A DNA stretch of 64,000 nt. It comes from Haliotis rubra. Taxonomy: Eukaryota. Below the pieces are notes generated by a model, which saw only the letters and a program-made list of their open reading frames with translations, had not been told where the DNA came from and did not search any database. Position 1 is the stretch's first letter, and the number at the start of each line of letters is the position of its first letter. Location: the NCBI RefSeq assembly GCF_003918875.1, contig NW_025767522.1, forward strand, positions 310,001 through 374,000. The letters are read 5' to 3'. The position numbers and the translations under genes were made by a program. This document shows, piece after piece, positions 50,596 through 63,555 of the stretch.

Positions 50596-50654
50596 GGCAC
50601 CCCTTGAAGAGCAACCCCCTCGTGGTGGGTGCTGGGTAACGCCAATGGCTCTTT
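50596..50654 (+). ncRNA. Compact HDV-like self-cleaving ribozyme fold at the LINE 5' end
   Basis: P1 GGCACCC/GGGTGCT (G1-U wobble), P2 GAAGAGC/GCTCTTT, P3 ACC/GGT, L3 CCCTCGT, P1.1 CC/GG, J4/2 GCCAA; starts exactly at the insertion junction. Confidence 0.8.
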
Positions 50655-50730
50655 GCCCCCGTGTGGACCCGGGGTCGAATAGGTCCACAGCACCCCATTG
50701 CTGGTTGTAAGAGGCGACCAAATTGGGCAA
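50653..50730 (+). ncRNA. Second pseudoknotted RNA element in the LINE 5'UTR, homologous to the S2 SINE head
   Basis: Outer TTGCCC/GGGCAA, stem TGTGGACC/GGTCCACA, loop-flank pairing GGGGT/ACCCC, hairpin GGTTG-taagagg-CGACC; compensatory changes versus SINE copies. Confidence 0.7.
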
Positions 50731-51247
50731 CCCGTTTGCCCTGGGTTGCATCCCTGTGTCGGCAGAGGAAGGGAGTCTGGTGGTTGAGGATGACGGAACC
50801 GGCAATAGTGTTCAATAATCCAACACACCACTTCGACACTAACTTTGCCTAGACGGGTGGTAGAATAGGCCCGATTCTACCAATCGGCTGGTCACGCTTT
50901 GCCCTGTGCATGGAATGTCTATACAAAATTTGGTATTACATAACACTTTTGACAATGTTCAAAATGTTAACTTATATTCTACCAAAACAAATTAGCCTCG
51001 CAGACCCATGCACAGAAGGCGGTGGCTCATGGGCCAATCTGGTGATGCTGACCTCCGATTTCTGTACGTCTCCAATTGATTGTCATGGACAGAACCATCC
51101 TGACCTTTAATCTGGTAGGCAGCTACACCATTTCATGTCAAATTCGCTGGAGTATAACACCCCCTTATCCCTGGTCTTTGCAGCTTGGAGACCCGCTGCA
51201 GTATAAGATCGTCCTTGTTGACACTCCACGGTGGGTGGGGAGAGGGG

Positions 51248-52528
51248 ATGCCGAACCACATTACTAACGACATGGCTTCCCAATACCCAGGTTCAAAACG
51301 AAGACACATGGATACTGACAACTCCTCGTCTGACGAGAGTACGCCCCTCCGACCTGACCACTGGCCACGTTTCCTGATCATTTAGGCTTGTGACAAGCAA
51401 CCTTTGCAATTGAACCCTTTTGCAATCTCCAAAGGTATCGTTGGTATCTGTGGAGAGGTTGCCAATGTTACAAAGCTTCGATCTGGCTCTCTTCTGATAG
51501 AATGTACCCGGAAACAACAATCACTAAATCTCCTCAAAATACAAGAATTTGTCAATATCAAGGTCGCTCTCTCAGCACACAAAACACTTAACTCGTGTAG
51601 AGGCATTGTGCGGGACAGAGCTCGATGCCTGTCTGACATGACTGAAGAACAAATTGTCAAGGAACTCTCTCAGCAATCCGTCACAGCCGTAAAACGATTC
51701 ACCTTCAAAAAGGACGGTGTTGTTCAACCAACGAACACCTATCTCTTCACGTTCGCGCGAGCAAACATTCCTGACTCGATTAGAGCTGGTTATTGTAGCA
51801 TTGGAGTGGAGGTGTATGTCCCCAATCCACTCCGGTGCTACAACTGCCAAAAGTTTGGACATGGATCCAAGTCCTGTCGTTCCTCTGCTGTTTGTTACCG
51901 CTGTGGTGACAAGCATGAGGGCAACGACTGTACTAAGGAAGTGAAGTGCACAAACTGCGGTGGTAACCATATGGCCTCTTCCAAGTTCTGTCCAGTGTGG
52001 AAACGCGAATCCGAGATACTAAAGATCAAGCACAAAGTAAATATCTCCTTTCACGAAGCAAAGAAGAGGGTTGCAAGTTTAACTGCAGCCCCTTCAACCA
52101 TCACCTACTCTTCTGCTGTCTCCCGTCCTACAATCACTACTGCAACCATCTCATGTCAGACCGACCTGACATGGATCATGTCTTCTCAGCCAACTGAACT
52201 CAACACAACTCAGCCTATCTCAGCAACTCCATCTCCAACGCCAAAAGTCAAAACCTCTGAATCACAAACACCAGAACAAATGCCAAAACCAGAAACAGAA
52301 ACTGCGCGCAGAAAAAGGGAAAAAAAGAGTCTAGAGAGACTAAAACAACTTGAACAACTGCCAAACACAAAACCAAAGGCCACCTCTCCTTCAGAGGTCC
52401 CCATCGAGGTCCATAACTCCTTTGGCCCTCTGGATATGGAGGAAACTCCAACTCCACCTCACACCAATAGGAGTTCATCAAACGCTTTCTCACGTTCACG
52501 TGACATGTCACCAGTGGAAGCACCATGA
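51248..52528 (+). CDS. LINE ORF1 gag-like nucleic-acid-binding protein (one in-frame TAG at 51383-51385)
   Basis: WPRFLII*..NPFAISKGI..KLRSGSLLIEC; YVPNPLRCYNCQKFGH, CYRCGDKH and CTNCGGNH zinc knuckles; Pro/Thr-rich tail. Confidence 0.88.
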
Positions 52529-53166
52529 ATCCACAAAACATGATCCAATGGAATTGCAGAGGACTTAAGAATAATTATAATGAATAACAGCTATTTATTC
52601 AAGACTTCATACCAACATGCGTTAAAAATATGGTACTTGTTGGTCCCTGCCTGGCGCTCGGCATTAATGGGTACAACAATGACTGGTCGGCTCGGAGTCT
52701 TTTTAATGTGTCTGAGTGGTGTATTCATGCTTAACTACGGCATGGCATGTCAGTGAGCGAGCTCTATAAAACCAGCTTAAATCTGGGCTAGTACAAGCAG
52801 CCGGAATGCAGTCTCATATTGTTAATCATACACGAGGAGTCTTCTGAACAGAAAAAAATATACAGTCGAGCACCTTTAAGTTTATGTCAGCGACAAGTGA
52901 GAATAATCAGCTGTTCCTTGATCTATTACAGTATTTTATAGAGAGAAAAAGACAAAGAAGGACTGTGAGACAGACTATGTTTGACCCTACACAACGAAAA
53001 TAAGGGCGAAAACGACTGTCTATCTACCCGATCCAACTGACAGTCCAAGGCCCTTACCACTTATGCCCCTTTTCAACATGATCTTGAAATACCGATAATC
53101 ATGGTGGATGTTATTTAGGTCGGCCAGTTTAACACAGCGTGGGTTCAGTGACATACCCAGAAAACG

Positions 53167-56100
53167 ATGGAGAGTATCGTGGATAGTTTCACCGACCTGG
53201 ACACATCACAGAAAGTACTGTATGTTGTCGGAGGTATTGTCGCATCAACCGTATCGGTCGTCGGCCTGAGGAAACTATGTTTCAAGTAAGTATCTCGTGT
53301 GAATAGCTAGTCAAGAGATACTCACTCGATATTTCCCTAAACAAACGGATGACCCAGTTGTCGACGTCGCTCTGCAGAGCGTCGTGCAAAATGTCCACTG
53401 AAGTATGGGTTGGAATACAGGCTCGCCCCTCTATGTGAGCACAATACGCGTGCTCGTTGTGTAGGGTCAAACATAGTCTGTCTCACGGTTGCTGATTGGC
53501 ATTATTATTTTCCTCTTCGCCCTTTCTGCAGCGGAAAGCACTGTATGAAGCACACTAGATTTCCTCAGGTTCTGAATCTCCCTTCTTACTGGGGCTCCTA
53601 TGCAATTTCAAAGGAAGTAAATATTCAAAGATAAAGAGTCAGCATAGGTCAAGTGTGGTCAAATGTACGTCGTTACGGGATCATTACATCTTCAGTTTTT
53701 TATAACTGTCATGCTACATTTTATTTGTTTGCCATATGTGCTTGAGTGTGATATTTCTGCTCGAGCATAAACTCTTGCTCTTTACGTCGGTGTGTTCACC
53801 CACTTACGGCCGGTATCCAGTTCAGGTACATACTAGTCGACGATTCACGAACCATGGAAGGGACATTTGGACACTTTCGTAGACGGGTCACAGAAAATTG
53901 CATATGCAGTCGGAGGTGTTGTAGTAGCTGTTGCATTGGTCGTCGTCCTCAGGAAGCTCTTGTTAAAGTATGTAGTAACATCTAGTTATCAAGTCAGCTG
54001 CGGAAACCACCGGTGAACGATTGTTTTGATACCCAGAGAAAACTCGCCGGGTATATCACAGTACAGTTTTTGTATCGAACGGAAAGGGCTGCATGTCTTA
54101 GTCTATGTATGTATGAAGTCGTACCTATATGTAACAGTAAACAAAAGTACTGTGTTATTTAAAATGATAAAATCTTTTGGTACAGCCCTGACCTCGATCG
54201 CCTTTTCGATATACATAACTTTCAGTGACTGAGAACGAAAGGTCAAAGGTCAGATCAAAGGTCAAAAGTTAGAACAAGCACCCAAACCGAAATCCAGGTC
54301 GTGAACAGAAAGAGACATATTTTCAGAGTTTAACAGTCATTATTCAAATATGTTAGACCCTTTTAAAGGTTCTGGATTATCGCACTGGGTTACCAGGTTT
54401 TCTGGTTACTATAACAACAGGCGGTTTGCGGGTGTGCTAAACAGGCTTACATTGACCTTGAATATCAATACGTCCAGATTCCTATGTACATGATGACAGT
54501 GTACGGTTCTCGGTGTGAGGGGCGGTGGGGTAGATAGTGATGGAAGCGTTCGATCGTCATGCCGAAGATCCGGGTTCGATTCCCTGGATGAGTACAATGT
54601 GTGAAGCCCATTTCTGGTGTCCCCCACCGTGATATTGCTGGAATATTGCTAAAAGCTGCGTAGAACCCAACTCACTCACTCTCGGTGTGATCTGATAACA
54701 TTGAGTCGATAGTTTTCTGTAAATATATAAATAAACCAGAAGAACTATTCGCCAGGTCAGCACACACTGATAGTTGTGGTGGCCGTGGTTCCCTAGAGCA
54801 CCAAGCCTTACCCTCCGAAGGCTAATTGGAAATGATTAAGGGAGAAATGTTTTCAGTCTCTGTCTCTCAGGATTAATACTACTACGTTGCCACTTCACAT
54901 TTTGTTTGTTTGTTTACGATGTCCTCATATAAGCCTCATATGGTAATAACATGTATTTCGTAAGAGCTGTGAATAATGTGAATTACCCCACCTAGGCTAG
55001 GGGTGAGTACCCGCTCTTTGTTCCGGGACCAATATAGTCACACGAGTGAATTGAAATTTATACACACTCCGATCGCGGCACCGAGGTACATGTCTTAATA
55101 ATTATTATGTACAACTTATGTATGTTAAATACACATATGATGCACGAAATGGTTATGTTTACATATCTTTTGGTTGCAAGAATAGACTATGTCTACATGT
55201 ACATGCATTAAACCAGTTAAGACACAGATTAATGATACCACAGCACAGGACAGCATGACTGTCCATAAATGTAAAAGAAATAAGTGATAAGGATTAACAA
55301 TGGGGATTACATCTTATAATTTATAACATTAAGGGTTCGAGACAAACATATGTCAAAGTTAAATGGTAATTATCCTTTAGAACTACATGTTCGACCCGTA
55401 AAGATCCGGGTTAGAATTGACCTTCATTAGTGAGTGAGTGTGTTTAGTTTTACGCCGCACTCAGCAATATTTCAGCTATATGGCGGCGGTTTGTAAATAA
55501 TCTGGGCCCCGTTCCACAAAGCGATCGTAGCGCTTAGATCGCGAACCCCACGCTTTAACATAGACTTACGACTGTCGTAGCGTTACGATCGCTTTGAGAA
55601 ACGGGGCCCTGGCCTTCAGTAACCCGTGACTTGTCGTAAGAGGCGACCAACGGGATCGGGTGGTTAGGCTCGCTGGCTTGGTTGCCACATGTCATCGGTT
55701 TCCATTTGCGATGCTTATGCTGTTGATCACTGGATTGTCTGGTCTAAACTCGATTATTTACAGACCGCCGCCATATAGCTGGAATACAGCTGAGTGCGGC
55801 GTAAAACTAAATTCACTCACTCACTCACTAAATGTTCAATCCGACTGTATAGGTGCTGAACCACGTGATTGCAGTACGTAACATGGCATTTTCAAGTGAA
55901 ATAATCTTGACTTTAGTCATTCATATTGATATATTGACATGACCCATTGCTGCTCTTTCACAGTTGTGCGTATGTCGTGTAAGTTAGGCAGGCGCAAAAA
56001 TGGTTCTGATTATTTTCAAAGTCCACTGGACATTTTTAATTCCGAATAATTCTGAAAAATAAGTACCTGTTTCAATATAGGTTTCAAGCCGTGATATAAC

Positions 56101-59100
56101 TGATAAGTAAGGTTCAAAACGGCATTAAATGAGTGAGTGAATATGGTTTTTCATCCCTTTTAGCAATATTCCAGCAATTTTACGTCGGGTGACACCAGAA
56201 ACGGTCTTCTGACATTGTACCCATGTGTCGAATCGACGCCGGGTCTTCGGCCTGACGAGCGAACACTTCTTAACGGCATTAAGGGGCGATAGGGTAGCCT
56301 AGTGGTTAAAGCGTTCGCTCGTCACGCCGAGGACCCGCGTTCGAATCCCCACATGGGCACATTGTGTGCAGCCCATTTCTGGTGTCCCCCGCCATGATAT
56401 TGCTGGAATATTGCTAAAAGCGGCGTAAAACCATATTCACTCACTCACTCTTAACGGCATTAAGACGAACCAACTCGTTTATACGCACCAATAACAACCC
56501 CTTTTCACTTGGTTGTGTACCACCTATGATAACTACAGACATCACTTTATTATCGACATGCAACAAATTATATTTGTACATCGAACATATGCTCTTTTGT
56601 AAAACAGCAGGGTGCTTGATAACCGAAGCTAATAAATTCAATACATTTCTATTGGATAGACAATTTGGTTGTTATATTGAGGACACTATGCCAATATTCC
56701 ACAGGCAGAAGGCGAAGGAGTATCCCCGAGATACGGTGATCCTTCATCAGATCGGTAGAGGACCTTACGCCCCCAGCATGACGCCGTTTGCTGTGAAGCT
56801 GGAAACCTACCTCCGGATGGCCAGGATACCCTACCAGGTAGGTGAATGATGTGTTGAGCGAGTGAGTGAGGTAAACCACTGGGAATGACAGAACAAACCA
56901 TCCAAGCAACAGACCATTATACACAGTCAGCCAGGTAGACATTGTTACCACCCGATACGCATAACTCGACTCCGACTACTCTGACTACAATGCCAACGTT
57001 TCAATGAGTTACTGAGTGAGAATGGGTTTACGCCGGTTTTATCAAAATTCTAGCAATATCACGGCGGGGTACACCAGAAATGGGCTTCTCACATTGTACC
57101 AATGCGGGTGATCGAGCCCGGGTCTTTGGCGTGACGAGCGAACGCCTTAACATTAGGCTACCCCACCGCCCCCCAAAACAGTTTGGTCATTTGAACGTGA
57201 TTGTGGCACGTTGGTGGTCAGATCATCGCACATCGTACAGAAACATGAAGATCCGGATTAGAATAATATTATTGTTCTTCAGCAACCCATGCTTGTCGTA
57301 AGATTAGACCAATGGGATCAGGCTCGCTGACATGGTTGACACATCGATAAGAGATCGATGATCATGGTCAAGACTCGATTATTTACAGACAGCTGGAATA
57401 TTGCTGAGTGCTGCAACAACAAGCAAACAAAATCAGATCGTACAGATATTTGGCTTCTGTGTTAGGCACCAACAGGGTCCGAAAGCATGTCTGAAATGCT
57501 CTATAATTTTTGTTCAGTAGCGAGATGAACCCTCCATGTCTATGTTACCCTGCTGGTATTGCTAATGTGACTGAGGAATGATACAGAATGAAAAGTATCA
57601 ATCTCTAGATCTGTCTCTCAGCATTAGTATTTTGCCATCTTCACGTTTGTTTGTTTGTTTGTTTGTTTGTTTGTTTGTTTGTTTATTTAAGATGTCCTCG
57701 TGTAAGCCACATATGGTAATAAAATGTAATTTGAAAGAGCCTTGAATTAATAGTACAAGTAACTTTTGCTCTGTGATCTTCCACTCAGAACGTCCACGGG
57801 CTGAAAATGTCATCTAAGGGCAAGGTCCCCTGGATTGAGTATAATGGGAAGGCTGTGGCGGATTCGACATTATGTATTGACTTCCTGAACGAAAAGCTGG
57901 AAGTGGACCTCCACCAGCACCTGAGTCCCCGGGACAAGGGTGCAGCTATGGCAATGCAGGTCATGACGGAGGAACATCTGTACTGGTGAGCCTAGAAACT
58001 GTTTGTACAATGAAACCATTAAGATAGATTCTACTATGAATTTGGAAAATACACGTACATGTGCCCGATCGATTTGAGGTTTCAAATAGCAATAACCATT
58101 TCTATGAGAAAGGTCGCGTTCTTGATGAAGTTAAAATATCATATAAAAGTACCCACCCGCCCACCCCCCAACCCCCTGCTGATTAACATCGTTGACTGAA
58201 GGTATTTTGAATATACATGTATTTTGTATAAATATTGGGAAAGTCTCATTTATTATCACTTATAACATAATTTTCCAAATCATTGCAAATATACTGAGGG
58301 AAACAAATAAAAGAACACAGGACAGTTCAAGCGTTCCTTTAATATATTCCAGTTTTCATCACCAGCTTGTGATGAATGGCGCTGTGGGAGGAATTCTGAG
58401 AATAAATAAAGGAACACTGCAATGAAGTGGTGTTCCCTTATTTATTTCCTTCAGTATATGTCACTTAAGCTGTTGATGACTGACAATGTCCCTTACTTCA
58501 CGCTAATTACAGTCTGGGCCTTGACTGGAAGCGGACGCACGACGTCGGAACTTCCCTTTAATACATGTAGTTGGTTTGTGTGATATCGTCACTCTTTAAC
58601 CAGGCCATGTAAAAGAACGTATATATCCGCTGGTTAAACACGAATTAATATTAATGATAATGAACAGTAAGATTTGTGTTTCAGGTTCCTTGCTGTATTC
58701 CGCTACCAATATGACAACGACAAAACCTTTATTAAGCAAACGTTGAAGATAGGATGGTTTGTTGTACGGATTGCCAAGTATATGGTTGCAAAATCAACAT
58801 GGTATCAAGGTTTGGGTCGCCACACAGAAGAGGAAGTGACACAGATGTTTAAGAAGGAGCTACAGGCTCTTTCTGACTTCATGGGTAAATCAAGCCCACA
58901 GGGGCGTGTCACGCTTAGAAACAGCGTTAGAAAGACATATAAGTGTATAGACCCTACCCTAGTACTATTATATAAAAGGAAAGGGATGTAACGACGGAAC
59001 CACCCCCTCCTCAATCTAAGTTAGATTTCACCACGTAAACTATTTTTAAGGCCCCGTCGAGGCCTACGGATCAAATGCAAGATGATTTCCCTACCAAATG

Positions 59101-60718
59101 AGCTATAAATAGTCACAATCGGATCATTATTTCAAAAGTTATACGCCACGACTCACCGAAAACAGCTACCTCCGCAATTCCAAGCCAAAATCATGGATCA
59201 CCCAAGACAGCGAAAACTCACCTTTTAAATTCGTTTATTAATTCCAGCCACGTTGACAGCACCTATGTAGGGCTAAGTTCGATCGGCAGCGCCATTCCAC
59301 GGGTCTAAAAACCTTTTGCAACATCTACAAATCATTGATTGAGGAGGGGGTGGTTCCGTCGTTAAACCCCTTTCCTTTTATATAGTACTAGGGTAGGGTC
59401 TATATACCTATATGTTTTTCTGACGCTGTTTCTAAGCGTGACACGCCCCTGTGGTCAAGCCGACATATTTGTTTTCTGTGACACTATCTTGTATGTACCT
59501 GAAGTTTTACATACCAGATCAATTATTTTATCAACAGAGACATTATGGGTACAGAAGAATCCGTGACTATATTTACAACTTCAGACATCAACATGTATAT
59601 TTATGATATCGCAATGATACCTGGGTAGCAACTATTCATGGAAAGCGTGCTTGATAATTGTCTTGACATACACAAGATACACCGGCTGAGTCATTCTCAA
59701 GGAGTTCAAGCCAAAGTCACTCCGCCTCAGTAACGTCTCACCCACAAAGAAGCCCGCTGAAAATACGAAAGGATGCACGTACAATTGACGACCATATAGC
59801 TTGAGATACAGGACAAAGATGTTTATGCAGGCGAATAGGGTCACATGTTTGCAGCACTGTTTATATACTAGTCAGTAATAGTTACTGCCTACTAGCTGAC
59901 CCGTGACGATCAGGGTTACAATTGGTTAGCAGCAACCCATGTTTGTCGTAAGAGGTGACTGGAATATTGCCGAGTGCGGTGTTAAGCTACAAGCCAGCCA
60001 AAACCTAAAAGCTAACTTAGAACACAATGGATTTTACAATGTCATGCATCAGTTCTCTCAAAGTGAACCACAAGCATACAATTCATGACACAGCAATGAT
60101 ACATCGGTGCCAAGTGTCTGTGTACTGCATGTTCCTTTATATTCCTTCTATTTTCCTCTCGTCTCAGGGGAGAGGAAGTTCCTGATGGGAGATGAACCTT
60201 GTGAATCTGACTGCGCGGTGTTCGGACAACTGTCTCAGCTGTACTGGCATTTTCTTGGAACAGGGCATGAAAATCTCATCAGAGGTACCACATTAAATAC
60301 ATAATTTTTATATTTATTCATTTTCGCATCAAAGTGCCAGGACTGCATCGAGGTCAACATATAAAACCTACATTCGTTTTTGATGGTTAAGGGCAGTTTG
60401 GTACATGTGTGCTGTTACGTAATAGATTGCAGGTATTTGTGAAGTGGAAACTTGGTACATGTTAAGATGTAATCCTGATGCATCATTTTGTCTTTAGAGA
60501 CAGTGACAAATTACAAAGATACTCATACTGTTCTTTCTGTTTATTTATATGATGTTTAAACAGTCAGTCATATATTTAACATTTATTATCTCGTATTGTT
60601 CCTTGTCCTAGACAAATACCCAAACCTGGCCGCCTACTGTAACCGTATGAAGGAAACATTCTGGCCTGACTGGGACCAGTGCATCACTCATGGTGGAACA
60701 AAGGAGGCAACCAAGTAA
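53167..60718 (+). CDS. FAXC: Failed axon connections homolog (FAX/FAXC-like, metaxin/GST-like), copy E, intact 290 aa: exons 53167-53285, 56705-56837, 57789-57985, 58685-58884, 60168-60284, 60612-60718
   Basis: Exon lengths 119+133+197+200+117+107 = 873 nt, all AG/GT, no stops. TM anchor, GST-N-like (PFAVKLETYLR, KGKVPWIEYNG..DS) and GST-C-like (KFLMGDEPCESDCAVFGQL, YPNLAAYCNRMK..FWPDWD) regions. The choice of first exon is inferred. Confidence 0.88.
57646..57684 (+). repeat. (GTTT)n microsatellite, longer than its counterpart near 7897
   Basis: Direct reading of the sequence. Confidence 0.9.
58897..59453. mobile_element. Longer copy of the P-like MITE of 9087-9535
   Basis: Same TIRs, TSD atcaagcc/gtcaagcc, about 110 extra internal bases. 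Confidence 0.85.
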
Positions 60719-63448
60719 AGGGAGACAACACGGTGTGGACATTTGCACCACATTAATTTTATACCCTGTTTCTTTAGTTTTATGATGGGAGTCCAAAGAT
60801 ACCTGGTATATAGATATAGTTCACCCGGATTACTGACTGACCATAATGGATAATGTCTCACATCAGCTTTAGTTCCTTCGCCTTTTCACATGGTTAACTA
60901 TTTTCTCATATATTTCTTGTTTATCTAACCGGTGAAGGTCCGGGTTAGAATGAACCTTCAGTAACTCATGCTTGTCGTAAGAGGTGATTAATGGGATCGG
61001 GTGGTCAGGCTCGCTGACTTGGTTGACACATGTCATCGGTTCCAAATTGCGCAGATCGACGCTCATGCTGTTGATTATTGGATTGTCTGGTCCAGACTCG
61101 ATTATTTACAGACCGCCGCCACAAGGCTGGAATATTGCTGAGTGCGGCGTAAAACTAAACTCACTCACTCACTCTTGTATTCCTCTGTCACAGACAAGGC
61201 ATTATTTTTCAAGATTATACCCTTTGGACTACTTCACTCTTGAAAAGTATTGACTTTCCTTCTTGGGGGTCATTTAGACTACTTCACAGTGTGCCACAAC
61301 TGTCTATATGGTTGTCTCCCAAAACCACTACAACCCATAAACCCTACAGCCCAGTAACCCTACAATGAATTAAAACAACACGCGGCATTTACCTGTCTGG
61401 TATAATGAACTGACCCAAAGGAGAGATTACAGGATACAGATAAATAATTTGAGATGATTTTGGGTGGTATATACCAGGGGCGTTCAAAAAGTAGTCAGCC
61501 TAAGTATATTCTCGATGTCCAATGTTTGAAATGCTTCCATTTTATTTTGGAGAAATTATTAGCAAAGCCATATCCAAAATTTCACATATGTGGATGCGGT
61601 AACAACCCATTAAGGTATAATATTTCTTTAAAAAATGAAGGAAAATGAAAAACAATCATTTGGTACGTCTTGGATAATTGTGTACCCTCAGATAATATCA
61701 TAGAAAATATGTTCAGTATAATTTTGGATGACTACCCGTCATAATCAGCATTCAAAGATTTGGATTGCTTGATTTACATTAAGACGGGTGCTGTTTTTCA
61801 AGGACACCCCCATTTTAATCTTTCAAAAACATTGTGTCCAGATATTCATGCTGGCACTGTTTACAATATATTGAGAGCTGACACTTGTGTGACCATTACT
61901 TTTTTATGCACTTTAATATCTAAGTTTCATTCTAGCCGACTTCTGCCTGTCTCAAACACACAACATGTTTCTTGCATATTTTGTTTCCTAAAGTTTGTGG
62001 ACTTTATGGTACTTGTTGGTCCCTGCCTGGCGCTCGGCATTAATGGGTACAACAAGGACTGGCCGGCTCGGAGTCAGTATCATGTGTCTGAGTGGGGTAT
62101 TCATGCTTCACTGCGGCATGGTATCTCAGTGGGCTAGCACTATAAAACCAGCTTAAGTCTGGGCTAGTACAAGCAGCCGCACATACACATACACACGCAT
62201 GCACGTCGTCATATGAGCGAAATATTCTCAAGTACGACGTAAAACCCAATTTCACCTCACCTCACCTCCTAAAGTTTGTGATGCATTTATTGCAGATTTT
62301 TTCGTTTTGGGGGGGATATCAAGATAAAAAGTAAAAAAAAAAATGGGGATCGTGAGGCTGGAAAATAGCAAAACCAATTTGCTTGAGGCTGACACATAAT
62401 ATGTAGAAAAATAAAAACATGTTATGACATAATGATATTTAAAGAAGTTAATTAAACCTCAAGTTCAATATTATCGAACTTTTGTTAAAATATTTTAGTT
62501 ATCATCCATTAAAACCATTATCTCAAACCCAATTCCACCACCACCAGTTCGGCAAACACCGATAACACCGCGTGCGACAGTTTTCGATGTACGGAGCAAT
62601 CGTTTACATTCCATATATGACAAGTGTTATCTGTTTGGAAGCTGTATGCCTCGAAGTTTCAATTATCGATTTCAGGCAACAGGTACGGGATAATAAGTCT
62701 TCAACTGCATCAATAGGAAGCTTAAGTGAGTGCATATATGACTAAAATATAGGCCAAAATATAGTCGAAAATGTGTGACATTGTGCCTTTAACGTAGAGT
62801 TACGACAGTCATAGCTAAGATGGCTTGAGTCCAGACCCGATTATTTACAGACCGCCGCCATATAACTGGAATATTGCTGAGTGTGGCATAAAACTAAACT
62901 CACTCACTCACTTGAACATAAAAACAAGCAATTGAAGCATATATGTTATTAGTAACAGTTAATATGAGTAACAATTATTTAAAGCACTTACGTTCTTAAT
63001 ATTACCGAACACAACGTACATCAGTTAGATGTAAACAGTTACTCTGGATTAAAAGAAGTTGAATTCATTATACTTCTTCTCACAGGTCAGTGAATATTTC
63101 ATGAACAATAAAATATCTATGTGAGAGGGGTTTTGAGCATTATTTCGGCGACGTTATTCGCGCATCGTATTCGAAATCGAACCCGGGTCTTCAAACAAGA
63201 CAAAGTGATGTAACCACTTGGCTACACTAGTTCACATTCTTTCAAACATTTTCCGTTCCTGGAGTTCCCCGTCGATACACTGCTGAAATTCTGCGGCAAG
63301 AGCCGTAAAATTATATTCACTGATTCTCTTACACTCAAACACATATTATATGAATACATAATATAATTCAGCTCCATATTCGGTCAAACAATTATAATAT
63401 CTCATGTTTGAAGGCTTAATGGACGGGCAGTCACTGAGTTATCTCCCT

Positions 63449-63555
63449 TCATTTGGTTGCCTCCCTTGTTCCACCGTGTGTGATGCACTGGTCCCAGTCG
63501 GGCCAGAATGCTTCCTTCATACGTTCACAGTAGGCGGCCAGGTTGGGATATTTAT
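63449..63555 (-). CDS. Last exon of FAX-like copy G (C/D type); gene continues beyond the window
   Basis: ccccag|ATAAATATCCC..: (D)KYPNLAAYCERMKEAFWPDWDQCITHGGTREATK*, intact 107 nt; flanks match about 22945-23850. Confidence 0.8.

Larger units (their letters stand above)
50596..52607 (+). mobile_element. I-group (Nimb/I-like) LINE, 5'-complete and 3'-deleted: 5'UTR, ORF1, start of ORF2
   Basis: Absent from unit 1 (replaces 1877-2374). ORF1 has three CCHC knuckles; ORF2 starts MNPQNMIQWNCRGL (AP-endonuclease N-terminus). Confidence 0.9.
47697..61761 (+). repeat. Segmental duplication unit 2 (direct copy of 1-11520)
   Basis: Colinear near-identical match to 1-11520, as described for unit 1. 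Confidence 0.95.

Noticed and set aside
50701-50730. Pistol or twister ribozyme match for the GTCG-taagagg-CGAC-taa hairpin
   Set aside because: No downstream complement of the loop for the pistol pseudoknot, and the twister core residues are absent.
50387-50852. Overlapping ORFs of 63-150 aa as a novel gene
   Set aside because: They are chance frames across the GC-rich LINE 5'UTR and FAX exon 3 of pseudogene F.
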